DNA of 43,536 nucleotides from an uncultured Candidatus Saccharibacteria bacterium. GTDB lineage: Bacteria; Patescibacteriota; Minisyncoccia; Minisyncoccales; CAZJYT01. The position numbers and the translations under genes are program-made. A model generated the notes under the pieces. It searched no databases. It was not told the origin of the DNA and worked only from the letters and a program-made list of their open reading frames with translations. The stretch lies in NCBI GenBank assembly GCA_964550325.1, contig CAZJYT010000002.1, positions 1 to 43,536 on the forward strand. The letters are read 5' to 3'. Of this stretch, positions 16,909-26,026 are shown in pieces; the stretch's first letter is position 1; each line of letters begins with the position of its first letter.

Positions 16909-17976
16909 TTACTTTAATAGGTTTTGTAATTCCACAGGATCCAAGGAATAGACTAAAGCATTCTCTAAAGAGATCTCACCCTTTTTTACTAATTCAGCTA
17001 AAGAACGATTTAGAGAGATCATTCCTGTTTCTGCCGAGGTTTCGATTACCAAAGGAATTTCATGAATTTTATTTTCTCTAATTAAATTAGCCACAGCAGG
17101 AGTATTGATCATTATCTCGGTTGCTGGAATTAAACCTCCTTTTTCCCGAGGAATTAATCTTTGAGAAATTACTCCCAATAAAGAGCCTGATAACTGAGCC
17201 CTTATTTGGGCCTGCTGAAGAGAAGGGAAAGAGTTAACGATTCGGTGAATGGTCTGGGCAGCTGAGTTGGTGTGAAGGGTAGCAAAAACCAGGTGTCCAG
17301 TCTCAGCAGCAGTAATAGCGGTAGCCATTGTTTCAATATCTCTCATTTCTCCTACCATAATTACATCAGGATCCTGACGGAAGGTAGCGCGTAATGCTTT
17401 CGCAAAACTTTGAGTATCTTGATAAACCTCTCTTTGGTCAATAATACACTTATCTGGAGAAAATATATATTCAATAGGGTCTTCGATCGTTATAATATGC
17501 TCTGTTCTAGTATGATTTATCTCATCAATTAAGGCAGCTAAAGTAGTAGATTTACCATGGCTTGAGGGGCCAGTTACTAATACAAATCCTTGAGTAGGCT
17601 TGGTAAATTTATGAAGAATTGGAGGAAGATTTAATTCCTCAATGGTTCTAATTTTAGAAGTAATAACCCTTAAAGCGATACTAATGTTACCCTTTTCAAA
17701 AAAAACATTCGCCCTTAACCTAAATTTGTTTTCAAAATTAAAAGAAAAATCAATTTCTTTCTCTTTAGCAAACCGTTTAATCTGTTCCTCTGTCATTATT
17801 ACAAAAGCCAAAGCTTGAGTATCATCAGGAGAGAGAATCTCTTTTTGCTTTAGGAAAAACAGTTCTCTATTTATCCTTAAAATAGGAGGTTGACCTACTG
17901 AAAGATGAATATCAGAAGCTCCTTTAGCCAAAGCCTCCTCAATAAGTTCTTTAATCTCATTCTTATAATTTTTCAT
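16909..17976 (-). CDS. pilT: Twitching-motility retraction ATPase PilT
   Basis: 355 aa with Walker A GPSSHGKST, Asp box and Walker B (DPDVIMVGEMRD), and the AIRNLIRE-like helix ANLIRENKIHE. Confidence 0.9.
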   Translation of the reverse strand: MKNYKNEIKELIEEALAKGASDIHLSVGQPPILRINRELFFLKQKEILSPDDTQALAFVIMTEEQIKRFAKEKEIDFSFNFENKFRLRANVFFEKGNISIALRVITSKIRTIEELNLPPILHKFTKPTQGFVLVTGPSSHGKSTTLAALIDEINHTRTEHIITIEDPIEYIFSPDKCIIDQREVYQDTQSFAKALRATFRQDPDVIMVGEMRDIETMATAITAAETGHLVFATLHTNSAAQTIHRIVNSFPSLQQAQIRAQLSGSLLGVISQRLIPREKGGLIPATEIMINTPAVANLIRENKIHEIPLVIETSAETGMISLNRSLAELVKKGEISLENALVYSLDPVELQNLLK

Positions 17977-17986
17977 AAATTTGTAA

Positions 17987-19708
17987 CTATTCTTCTGTGA
18001 CTCTTAACACCTCTTCTATTGTAGTTATTCCTTCTAACACCTTTAAAATTCCGTCTTGCCTCATTGTAAGCATACCCTGTTTTTGAGCCTCTTCCATAAT
18101 TTTTGCTTCAGATGGTTCTTTTAAAATAATTTCTCCTAACCTATTATTCATCTCAAGTACCTCAAAGACTCCTGTCCTTCCACTATATCCTATCTGATTA
18201 CACTTTTTACACCCCACTGGTTGGTAAATATAAAGAGGCTTAGGAATTTTTATTTCCTTTCTCACTTTTTGGGGAAAATTATCAATTTCTTTGAAAATCA
18301 TTTCTTCTATTTCTTTTACGGGTTTTACCTTTTTTTTACAATAAGGACAAAGGATTCTTACTAGTCTTTGGCTTAAAGCCACAGAGAGGGTTGGGGGAAT
18401 GAGGTAGGGCTTTATTCCTAAATCGATCAATCTCGGAATTACTCCTGCAGTATTAGTAGCGTGAAGAGTAGATAAAACCAAATGCCCGGTAAGAGCGGCA
18501 TGAATTGCTAAAGAGGCTGTTTCTTCATCTCTGATTTCTCCTACAAAAATTATATCTGGATCTTGTCTTAAAATATGCCTTAATCCCTGGGCAAATGTAT
18601 ATCCAATTTCTGGTCTTATTTGAGATTGATTAATTCCTTCTAAATAATATTCAATCGGATCCTCTAAGGTTACAATATTCACTCCTTCTTTATTTAAGGT
18701 TCGTAGGGCAGCATATAAGGTAGTGGTTTTTCCACTGCCGGTAGGACCTGTTACCAAAATCATTCCATAAGGTTTCTTTATTGTGGATTTCAAAATCTCA
18801 AATGCTCGCCCTTTTAAACCAAGCCTATCAAAAGATTTTAATCCCATAGCTGGATCTAAAACTCTTAATACTACCTTTTCTCCAAATGCGGTAGGGAAGG
18901 TAGAAACTCGAAAATCAATCTGTTTTCTCTCCATTTTAATAGAAAATCTTCCATCTTGAGGAATCCTTGTTTCATCAATCCTTAAATCAGAAAGGATTTT
19001 GATTCTGGCTACTATCGCTGGATGAATATTAAGAGGAAGAAAAAAGGAAGAATATAAGACTCCCAACAGTCTAAATCTTATTCTTAACCTTTCTCTTAAT
19101 GGTTCTATGTGGACATCTGAAGCATTGGATTCAATGGCATATCTCAAGATTACTCCTACTACCTTTGAGATAGGAGCCTCTTCTGCCAATTTGGTCAATT
19201 CTTCTCTCCCAGGAGGAGAGGGTCTTTTTTCTACCTTCATTTCAGCCTCCAACTCCTCCAAGGCACTAGCTACCTCTTTTTTAGCAGCCCGGTATTTCTT
19301 TAGAATTTCCTTAAAATTTGAAATGGTAATTAGAAAAATTTTATAAGAAAAGTGCTGCTGTCTTGCTAAAAATTTAATCGCCTCCCAGGCTCTTAAATTT
19401 TCAGGATAGACCATTCCAATCTCTAAAGTATTATCCCTTTTTTTTAAAGGAACTATTGAGTAAAACTTTGCGCATTCTTCTGAAATTAATTCCAAGGTGC
19501 TTAAAGAAATCTCATCAGGAGAAATCTTTTTTAAGGGAATATTTAGCATTTCGCTTTTTAAATGAAAAAGAAAATCTTCTGAGACAATACCTTTTTCTAA
19601 AATCAATTCATCTTCCTTTTTTCCAGAGCTCTCAAGCTCATAACTTAAATTCATGGCTTGAGCCTTATCTATAATTCCTTTCTCAACAAGTTTTTGAATT
19701 AGACTCAT
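17987..19708 (-). CDS. pilB: Type IV pilus assembly ATPase PilB/GspE
   Basis: N-terminal GSPII domain, Walker A GPTGSGKTT, and the tetracysteine motif CPYC...CKKC. Confidence 0.9.
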   Translation of the reverse strand: MSLIQKLVEKGIIDKAQAMNLSYELESSGKKEDELILEKGIVSEDFLFHLKSEMLNIPLKKISPDEISLSTLELISEECAKFYSIVPLKKRDNTLEIGMVYPENLRAWEAIKFLARQQHFSYKIFLITISNFKEILKKYRAAKKEVASALEELEAEMKVEKRPSPPGREELTKLAEEAPISKVVGVILRYAIESNASDVHIEPLRERLRIRFRLLGVLYSSFFLPLNIHPAIVARIKILSDLRIDETRIPQDGRFSIKMERKQIDFRVSTFPTAFGEKVVLRVLDPAMGLKSFDRLGLKGRAFEILKSTIKKPYGMILVTGPTGSGKTTTLYAALRTLNKEGVNIVTLEDPIEYYLEGINQSQIRPEIGYTFAQGLRHILRQDPDIIFVGEIRDEETASLAIHAALTGHLVLSTLHATNTAGVIPRLIDLGIKPYLIPPTLSVALSQRLVRILCPYCKKKVKPVKEIEEMIFKEIDNFPQKVRKEIKIPKPLYIYQPVGCKKCNQIGYSGRTGVFEVLEMNNRLGEIILKEPSEAKIMEEAQKQGMLTMRQDGILKVLEGITTIEEVLRVTEE

Positions 19709-19710
19709 AA

Positions 19711-19974
19711 TTAAGGATATGGTAAGAAGGGATTGGTTCTCCCGCTGGAATACTGTAAGGGCTTTATCTCTTCGATTGGGAAAGGTGACCTCTTTAATTT
19801 CTCTAAAATGTCAAAATTTATTTGAACCAATCGGGGCTTATAAACCGGAGGTGAAAAGAATGGCTCTTTCTTTCTTAAAAGACCAAAATAAATTATTAGA
19901 AGAATAATAAATAATAAACATAGAAAAATGAAAAGCAGATATCTTTGTCTTTTTTCTTGAAAAACAATTGCCAT
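19711..19974 (-). CDS. Small single-pass membrane protein in the pilus operon (possible PilP-like role)
   Basis: 87 aa with one TM helix and a C-terminal GRTNPFLPY motif. It is tightly packed between pilO and pilB. The function is inferred from position only. Confidence 0.5.
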   Translation of the reverse strand: MAIVFQEKRQRYLLFIFLCLLFIILLIIYFGLLRKKEPFFSPPVYKPRLVQINFDILEKLKRSPFPIEEIKPLQYSSGRTNPFLPYP

Positions 19975-19982
19975 TTTATTTT

Positions 19983-20486
19983 TTATTCATTATAATACAC
20001 CTTTAATTTCACATTGAAATCACTAAATTTTGCCTCTTCTGAAACAGAAAAAGAAATATGACTGATTTTAATTAACTTTTCACTGTTTTCCAACTCTGAG
20101 AGAAAATTTAGAAAAGATTCGTAATAGGGAGTTGAAAGAGAAAGAGTATAATCTATAGTGTTTTCTTTTTTATTTAAAGAATAACTATAATTTTTTAAAA
20201 TTAATCCCTTCCTCTTGCTGAGCCCTTCTAAATAATTTAAAAAGGAGAGTAAAGAAATAGGCTTTAGGGCAATATCTATTCTTTTTAATTGGTCAGAATA
20301 ACTATCAACCTTTTCTTTAAGAGAAAAAAGTTTTTCTCTGTATTGTGTTTGGAGCTGAAGCTCTTTCTTTTTAAGAAGAAGCTGTTGTCTTTTCTCTCTA
20401 TATTCTTGATATTTAGGCCAAACCAAAAATAATCCTATTAAGAAGCTTAGAATTATCATCAAAATTGCAGAAGTAGTTTTTTTCAT
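19983..20486 (-). CDS. pilO: PilO-like pilus alignment protein
   Basis: 167 aa with an N-terminal TM helix followed by a coiled coil, and positioned after the PilN-like gene. A GGGAG SD lies 7 nt upstream. Confidence 0.6.
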   Translation of the reverse strand: MKKTTSAILMIILSFLIGLFLVWPKYQEYREKRQQLLLKKKELQLQTQYREKLFSLKEKVDSYSDQLKRIDIALKPISLLSFLNYLEGLSKRKGLILKNYSYSLNKKENTIDYTLSLSTPYYESFLNFLSELENSEKLIKISHISFSVSEEAKFSDFNVKLKVYYNE

Positions 20487-20489
20487 AAA

Positions 20490-21047
20490 TTACTCCCTAA
20501 ATACTTTTGGATCAAATTCTATCTCAAAAGTAAAATTCATTTTTTTATCTTTTCTCTTTCCAAAATTTTTAAGAGATACCTTTTTGATCAATGGTTTTTC
20601 ATTTTCAAAAATTAACTTTTGTTGCTCTAAGGTAATGTAATTTTGTGTAATTCCAGAAATAAGGAGTTCATTTTTTTCCAAATCAAGAGAGAAATTTAAA
20701 ATTTGAACCTTTGGATGAATTAAGGTTGAGAATTTTCTTGTTTTAGAAAAATCACCCTTACCTAAGGCTAAAAACTTGGAGGGATACACCTTTTCATTAA
20801 AAATTTCTGAAAAAGTATTAATTTTTTGAGAAATCATCCTTAAATATTTTTCAGTTTCTTTTACCTCTGGGGCCTTAGCCTTTGATATTTCTTGTTCTAT
20901 TTCTTTAATCTCTTGGGGAATTTTTTTCTCAAGAAAAATTAAGAGCCCATAACTTAGCATTGAAGCAATCAGCAAAATTGCAGCCAGAGCGGAAAGAGAC
21001 AACTCAAGAGAGGATTTTTTTTCCGTCTTTGGAATAATCTTAATCAT
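20490..21047 (-). CDS. pilN: PilN-like pilus alignment protein
   Basis: 185 aa with one TM helix, located immediately downstream of pilM. Confidence 0.55.
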   Translation of the reverse strand: MIKIIPKTEKKSSLELSLSALAAILLIASMLSYGLLIFLEKKIPQEIKEIEQEISKAKAPEVKETEKYLRMISQKINTFSEIFNEKVYPSKFLALGKGDFSKTRKFSTLIHPKVQILNFSLDLEKNELLISGITQNYITLEQQKLIFENEKPLIKKVSLKNFGKRKDKKMNFTFEIEFDPKVFRE

Positions 21048-21050
21048 AAT

Positions 21051-22100
21051 TCATTTAAGGCTTCTTAAAGCAGCCCCTATCGCAATAGCAAAAGAGGGGG
21101 CTAATATTTTTAATTGTGGTTCCAAAGCCTGAGGATAGCTGATATCCAGAAAGGGATTGATTATTTCTACTTCCTTTTTCAGTCTTCTTTTTGCACACTC
21201 CTTTAATCCAGCTAGGAGAGCTCCTCCACCACTCAAAATAATTTTTTGAACCGGCTTCAATTCCAATTGATAGAACTCATCCATAACTCTTTTGATTTCT
21301 TGTAAAATTGCTTCCAGCCAGGCTTCAAAAATTTTATTTATCTTTTTATCAAATTTTTCCTTTTCCAGATAGTTATATTTTTTTTTCAATTCCTCAGCCT
21401 CATTATAATCTATCTTTAGGGAGTTAGCAAGGCTATCAGTGAGTTTACCGGCTGAGATGTCAAAGCTATAGCTTCTTTTCAAAACTCTTTTATCTAAAAT
21501 ACTACAGGTACTACTACGAAATCCTATATCTACTAAGGCAATTGGAATATTTTCTTTAATAGAAAAAGCTCTTGCTAAGGCAAAAACTTCTGCTTCTAAG
21601 GCGGAAAGTTGAAGTTGGCTACTATTTGCGATTTTTAAGTATTGATCAATAGTTTGATTAGAAACTACTACCAAAAGAATTTTTATTTTTCCTCCTTTTT
21701 CTGTTCCCTCAATTATTTCCCAATCTAAGGTTACTTCATTTAAGGGGAAGGGGATTTGTCTTCTTGCTTGGTGTCTTACCGCCCCCGGAATTTCTCCTTT
21801 CTTCATTGGAGGTAGTTCAAACCAAGTAAAGAAAATGGAAAAATCAGGAAGGGTGAATACTACTCTTTTTGCTTTAATTTTTGCTTTTGAGAGAACCTTT
21901 TGAAGAAGGTCTCCTAATTTTGGGGTTAAAGAGTTGTTTTTGAAAAAACTAAATTCTGATAACTTTTTTAAGTTTCTTTTAATTTCAATATAATTTACAA
22001 GAGTAATCTTCCCCCGTGCTTTAGAAAGCTCAACTATCTTAATTGAAAAAGAGCCTATATCAATACCCAATCCTTGTTTTTTAAAAAGGGAAATGATCAT
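21051..22100 (-). CDS. pilM: Actin-like pilus assembly ATPase PilM
   Basis: GIDIGSFSIKIV phosphate-1 motif and VDIGFRSST. I start it at MIISLFKK (ATG 22098-22100), because the longer track ORF reads into tRNA-Ser. Confidence 0.8.
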   Translation of the reverse strand: MIISLFKKQGLGIDIGSFSIKIVELSKARGKITLVNYIEIKRNLKKLSEFSFFKNNSLTPKLGDLLQKVLSKAKIKAKRVVFTLPDFSIFFTWFELPPMKKGEIPGAVRHQARRQIPFPLNEVTLDWEIIEGTEKGGKIKILLVVVSNQTIDQYLKIANSSQLQLSALEAEVFALARAFSIKENIPIALVDIGFRSSTCSILDKRVLKRSYSFDISAGKLTDSLANSLKIDYNEAEELKKKYNYLEKEKFDKKINKIFEAWLEAILQEIKRVMDEFYQLELKPVQKIILSGGGALLAGLKECAKRRLKKEVEIINPFLDISYPQALEPQLKILAPSFAIAIGAALRSLK

Positions 22101-22111
22101 ATTCCATTTTG

Positions 22112-22197
22112 CGGCGGGTGCAGGACTCGAACCTGCAAGGGAAAAATTCCCAGCTGTTTTCAAGACAGCCCCCTTACCAGATTAGGGATAACCCGCC
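22112..22197 (-). tRNA. tRNA-Ser (anticodon UGA)
   Basis: The reverse complement GGCGGGT...CTTGAAA...long variable arm...GCAGGTTCGAGTCCTGCACCCGCCG folds as a class II tRNA. Confidence 0.85.
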
Positions 22198-22198
22198 T

Positions 22199-22290
22199 TG
22201 GCGGAGAGGGTGGGATTCGAACCCACGAGGGGATTTTAGTCCCCCAGCACATTAGCAGTGTGCCGCTTTCGACCACTCAGCCACCTCTCC
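22199..22290 (-). tRNA. tRNA-Ser (anticodon GCU), CCA encoded
   Basis: The reverse complement is GGAGAGGTGGCTGAGTGG...CTGCTAA...long variable arm...GTGGGTTCGAATCCCACCCTCTCCGCCA. Confidence 0.9.
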
Positions 22291-22299
22291 TTTAATTTT

Positions 22300-22327
22300 A
22301 TTTTACTTTATTAATTCATTAAGTCAA
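22300..22327 (-). promoter_or_regulatory. Candidate promoter for the tRNA-Ser pair (TTGACT-16-TAAAAT)
   Basis: Hexamers lie on the minus strand at 22322-22327 and 22300-22305. The -10 ends 9 nt before the tRNA 5' end. Confidence 0.45.
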
Positions 22328-22380
22328 ATTGATTGTTTGAAACAATTATGTTAAGAATATAAGGGCTAAGCTTTAGCTCT

Positions 22381-22453
22381 GCCCTCGTAGTTTAATTGGA
22401 AAAAACAGAAGCTTGCGGAGCTTCAGATAGGGGTTCGAATCCCTTCGAGGGCA
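22381..22453 (+). tRNA. tRNA-Arg (anticodon GCG)
   Basis: GCCCTCG TA GTTT..AAAC A GAAGC TTGCGGA GCTTC ... AGGGGTTCGAATCCCTT CGAGGGC A folds as a cloverleaf, with G at position 37. Confidence 0.8.
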
Positions 22454-22460
22454 CTTTTTA

Positions 22461-24062
22461 TTAAAGCTCAAATGGTCTCAAAAATGTCCCATCTACACAG
22501 CTTCTTAATCCTTTTGAAGTGGCGCAAGAGCCACAGAGACCTATACCGCATCTTGTCAAAAAATCAGTGGAAGAATAAATCTTTTTTAAATCCAAAAAAT
22601 TTTTTTCTATTTCAATTACACTCTCTACCATCTCTTTGGAACCACAATTTAGACAATAATGAGGCTGAAATTTTTTTATGATTCTTTCTAAGACTGACAA
22701 AAATCTCTTTTTATAGTCTCTTACTTTTTCTGGGCTAACCAAAAACACATCTTCACAGTTTTTTTTAAATTCTTTTAGACAAGGAAGGAAGGTTCTTTCT
22801 TTTCCTGCCAGAAGGATAATCGTTTTTTTATATCTTTTAGCAAAGAGAGAGATACCAGCTACACCTGTTCCTCCTCCTACCAGAAGTAATTTTCCTTTGA
22901 GTTGTGGAGAATTCCCATAAGGACCCCTTAGATAAACAACATCTCCTCTTTTTAACTCTGATAATTGTTTGGTGAAATAACCTCTTATTTTAATTAGAAA
23001 GGTTAAGGGCTCATCATCCAAAACTGAAAAGGGTTTCTCTCCCTTTTCTGGTAGCCATAAAAAAACAAATTGACCTGGTTTTATTTCTATTCCTCCTTCT
23101 AATCTTAAAAGAAAAATATCTTTGTCTAAGAATTTATTTTGAATCACCTTATATCTCTTATAACTTCTACTTCCATTGTCCTTTAAAAACTTCTCTGCGT
23201 TGTTGGTACCATGTTTAAAATCTTGGAGCAACTCTTTAAAATATAGCTTTATCTCTTCTGTAGTCATTCCTGCTAAAGCAGAACCAATGCCAAAAAAATT
23301 AGCCCCCGCTTTTTCATATTCTCTGATCTCTTTAGCAGTAAGGATACCACCACAGGCAATAATAGGTAAACTGGTTAATTTTCTTATTTTTTTTACACAT
23401 TCTATTCCAATTGGAAAAATTCTCTTTCCAGAGATCCCTCCTCTTTTATTAGAGAGCACTGGGTAGCCATCTTGAAGATAAAGTTCAGGACCTTTCGTGT
23501 TGATGGCAGTAATTCCTGAAATTCCAGCCTTGATGGCTCTCTTTAAAAGATTTTCTATATCTAGGTTTGGAGAAATCTTCAAAAATATAGGTTTTCCTAA
23601 GGGAGATAATCTTTTCACAATTCTTTCTACTAATTTATCTTCTTTTCCTACTACCTCTCCATACTTTGTGCTATGAGGACAAGAAATATTTAATTCAAGT
23701 CCATCAGCAAATTTCACCAATTTCTTAGCTACCTTTTCGAATTCTCCCTCATCTTTCCCAAAAATGGAAACCAACAAAAACTTAAAGGGAGGGATTTTTA
23801 CCTGAGAGATTTCCTTGGTAAACTCCTCTACTCCCGGGTTTCTCAACCCCACTGCATTAATAAAGGTAAAGGGGCTTACCTGGGCTATAATAGGTTCCTT
23901 GTTTCCTTCTCTTTTTTCTAATCCAATACTTTTTGTGGTGAGAATACCAATTTCAGGAATCTCTTTTGCTATTTTTTCTAAGACCGGAACCTCAGTAGTA
24001 ATAATACCCGAGGGAATAGTAAAGGGACCTGTAATTTTCTTGCCAAATATTTGATAAGCCAT
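22461..24062 (-). CDS. pyrD: Fusion of class-1 dihydroorotate dehydrogenase (PyrD-like) with a PyrK-like FAD/[2Fe-2S] electron-transfer domain
   Basis: Residues 1 to about 290 form a TIM-barrel DHOD pattern (NAVGLRNPG, LNISCPH, ACGGI). Residues from about 300 to 533 form a ferredoxin-reductase-type domain (GQFVFL, LLLVGGGTGVAG) that ends with CGIGLCGSC. Confidence 0.75.
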   Translation of the reverse strand: MAYQIFGKKITGPFTIPSGIITTEVPVLEKIAKEIPEIGILTTKSIGLEKREGNKEPIIAQVSPFTFINAVGLRNPGVEEFTKEISQVKIPPFKFLLVSIFGKDEGEFEKVAKKLVKFADGLELNISCPHSTKYGEVVGKEDKLVERIVKRLSPLGKPIFLKISPNLDIENLLKRAIKAGISGITAINTKGPELYLQDGYPVLSNKRGGISGKRIFPIGIECVKKIRKLTSLPIIACGGILTAKEIREYEKAGANFFGIGSALAGMTTEEIKLYFKELLQDFKHGTNNAEKFLKDNGSRSYKRYKVIQNKFLDKDIFLLRLEGGIEIKPGQFVFLWLPEKGEKPFSVLDDEPLTFLIKIRGYFTKQLSELKRGDVVYLRGPYGNSPQLKGKLLLVGGGTGVAGISLFAKRYKKTIILLAGKERTFLPCLKEFKKNCEDVFLVSPEKVRDYKKRFLSVLERIIKKFQPHYCLNCGSKEMVESVIEIEKNFLDLKKIYSSTDFLTRCGIGLCGSCATSKGLRSCVDGTFLRPFEL

Positions 24063-24068
24063 AAAAAT

Positions 24069-25823
24069 TTACTCACTAATTACTCTCAACACCTCCTCAA
24101 TTGAGGTTATACCCTTAGCTGCTTTTACAAAACCGTCTTCCACCATGGTAAGCATACCCTCTTTCTTTGCCTGATTCTCAATCTCATCAGAGGTGGCATT
24201 TTTTATGATTAGTTCTTTTATACTCTCTGTAATTGGTAATGATTCATATATTCCAATTCTTCCCCGATATCCCTCTGGGCATTCTTTTGTAATTTTTGGT
24301 TTATAAAAGGGAATATCTTTTATGGTTTGATCTTTTTTAAGCAATTTTTCTTTTTTTAAAATATCTTCAATTCTTTTAAGACTGCAATACTTAGATAAGT
24401 CTTTTATCTCTGGCTCCTTTAAAAAATATCTCTCTCTTTCTGAGCAAAACCTTCTTACTAATCTTTGACCAATAATTAACCTAAGGGTAGAAGAAATAAG
24501 GAAGGGTTCTACCTTCATATCAATCAGTCTTGGAACAGCTCCAGCAGCATTATTAGTATGGAGGGTAGACAAAACTAAATGGCCGGTCAGGGCAGCATTT
24601 ATGGCTAAGGAAGCGGTCTCATTATCCCTAATCTCTCCTACCATAACTATATCAGGATCCTGTCTTAATAAGCTTCTTAATCCAGCTGAGAAGGTTAATC
24701 CAATTTTTGGATTGACCTGAGTCTGATTTATCCTTGGCATTCTATATTCTATTGGATCCTCAATGGTAGAAATATTCACTTGAGGAGTATTTAGGATTTC
24801 CAAGATGGAATACAGGGTAGTTGTTTTCCCAGAACCAGTAGGTCCTGTTACTAATATCATCCCAATAGGCTTTCTCAAATTTGTTTCCACCACCTCCAAG
24901 GCCCTTCCCCACAATCCTAAACCTTCTAAGGTATAACCCTTGCTAGTTTCTGGTAATATCCTCATTACAATTTTCTCTCCATCAAAGATTGGCAAGATAG
25001 AAACTCTAATTGAATATTTTTCATCTTCCAATTCAATTTTGAATCTCCCATCTTGGGGAAGCCTATGTTCATCTAATTTAAGATTGGATAGCACTTTTAT
25101 TCTTGCTACTACTCCCGAATGAACAGTTTTGGGTAAGACCATAGCATCGTGTAAAATTCCATCTATACGATAACGGACAATCAGTTCTTTTTCTTGGGGT
25201 TCAATGTGAATATCTGAAGCTCTTTGTAAAATAGCGTGTTTAATCAAGGTATCTACTATCCTTACAATAGGTAGCTCCTTGGCAATTTTCTGAAGTTCTG
25301 TTTTTTTCTCTTTTAATTCTGCTTCTTCTTTAGTGGTCTCAATTACTTTTATCTCTTTGTCAATAATTTCTCCAAACTCTACCTCTAAGGTTTTTTGATA
25401 CTGTCTTAATACATTTTTCAGGGATTCTGAAGTAGTTAATCTGGGAAGAATTCTCAAATGAGGATATCTTTTTTTAAGAAATTCAATTGTTCCCAAATCT
25501 TCGGGATCAAGCATTGCCACTTCTAAATTATTTTCTTTTTTTCTAAAAGCAACAATATTGTGCTTTCTGGCAATGGGTTCAGGAATAATCTTTAGAATCT
25601 CTGGAGGAATAACCTCTTTTTCCAAATTGACAAAAGGAATACCTAATATATAAGCTTTTAGCTTCACTAATTCATCTGAAGTCAAAATTCCTTCGGCAAT
25701 TAAAACATCATCTAATTTCTTCTGCTTCTCTTTTGCTTTCTCTAAACATTCATTAAATTTTTCTTCAGTAATCAAATTGGCATCTAATAAAAAAGATTTT
25801 AATTGTCCTGGCTCTACTCTCAT
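24069..25823 (-). CDS. Second PilB/GspE-family secretion ATPase
   Basis: 584 aa and paralogous to 17987..19708 (GPTGSGKTT, DPDIVMVGEIRD). It lacks the CxxC...CxxC zinc motif. Confidence 0.85.
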   Translation of the reverse strand: MRVEPGQLKSFLLDANLITEEKFNECLEKAKEKQKKLDDVLIAEGILTSDELVKLKAYILGIPFVNLEKEVIPPEILKIIPEPIARKHNIVAFRKKENNLEVAMLDPEDLGTIEFLKKRYPHLRILPRLTTSESLKNVLRQYQKTLEVEFGEIIDKEIKVIETTKEEAELKEKKTELQKIAKELPIVRIVDTLIKHAILQRASDIHIEPQEKELIVRYRIDGILHDAMVLPKTVHSGVVARIKVLSNLKLDEHRLPQDGRFKIELEDEKYSIRVSILPIFDGEKIVMRILPETSKGYTLEGLGLWGRALEVVETNLRKPIGMILVTGPTGSGKTTTLYSILEILNTPQVNISTIEDPIEYRMPRINQTQVNPKIGLTFSAGLRSLLRQDPDIVMVGEIRDNETASLAINAALTGHLVLSTLHTNNAAGAVPRLIDMKVEPFLISSTLRLIIGQRLVRRFCSERERYFLKEPEIKDLSKYCSLKRIEDILKKEKLLKKDQTIKDIPFYKPKITKECPEGYRGRIGIYESLPITESIKELIIKNATSDEIENQAKKEGMLTMVEDGFVKAAKGITSIEEVLRVISE

Positions 25824-25863
25824 TATAACTGTATTTGATAACTAATTTGGTAACGAATTAGTA

Positions 25864-26026
25864 GAGGCATCTTGTCTCGGGGAGCATACCGAGAGCTAAG
25901 CCCGAGAGGAAAATTGTATTTCAGTAGGAACTCTGTGAGGCTCGGCGAGGTATAGGAGCGCCTGTGAAATAAACTCCCTATTTCAGCACCTAAGGCGACT
26001 CCGTGCTCCCCGAGACAAGATGCCTC
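25864..26026 (-). repeat. Structured GC-rich repeat, copy 4, inverted relative to copies 1-3 (core; arms about 25830..26072)
   Basis: Its reverse complement aligns with copies 1-3 along its whole length, and both 23-nt termini are perfect. Confidence 0.9.

Noticed and set aside
22101-22163. N-terminal extension of the pilM ORF.
   Set aside because: It overlaps tRNA-Ser(UGA). The PilM homology starts at MIISLFKKQGLGIDIGS.
7146-26026. Considered whether the four repeats could be a CRISPR array or a tracrRNA-like element.
   Set aside because: The units are ~160 nt long and kilobases apart, with no short regular repeat-spacer periodicity. No cas genes are present in the window.
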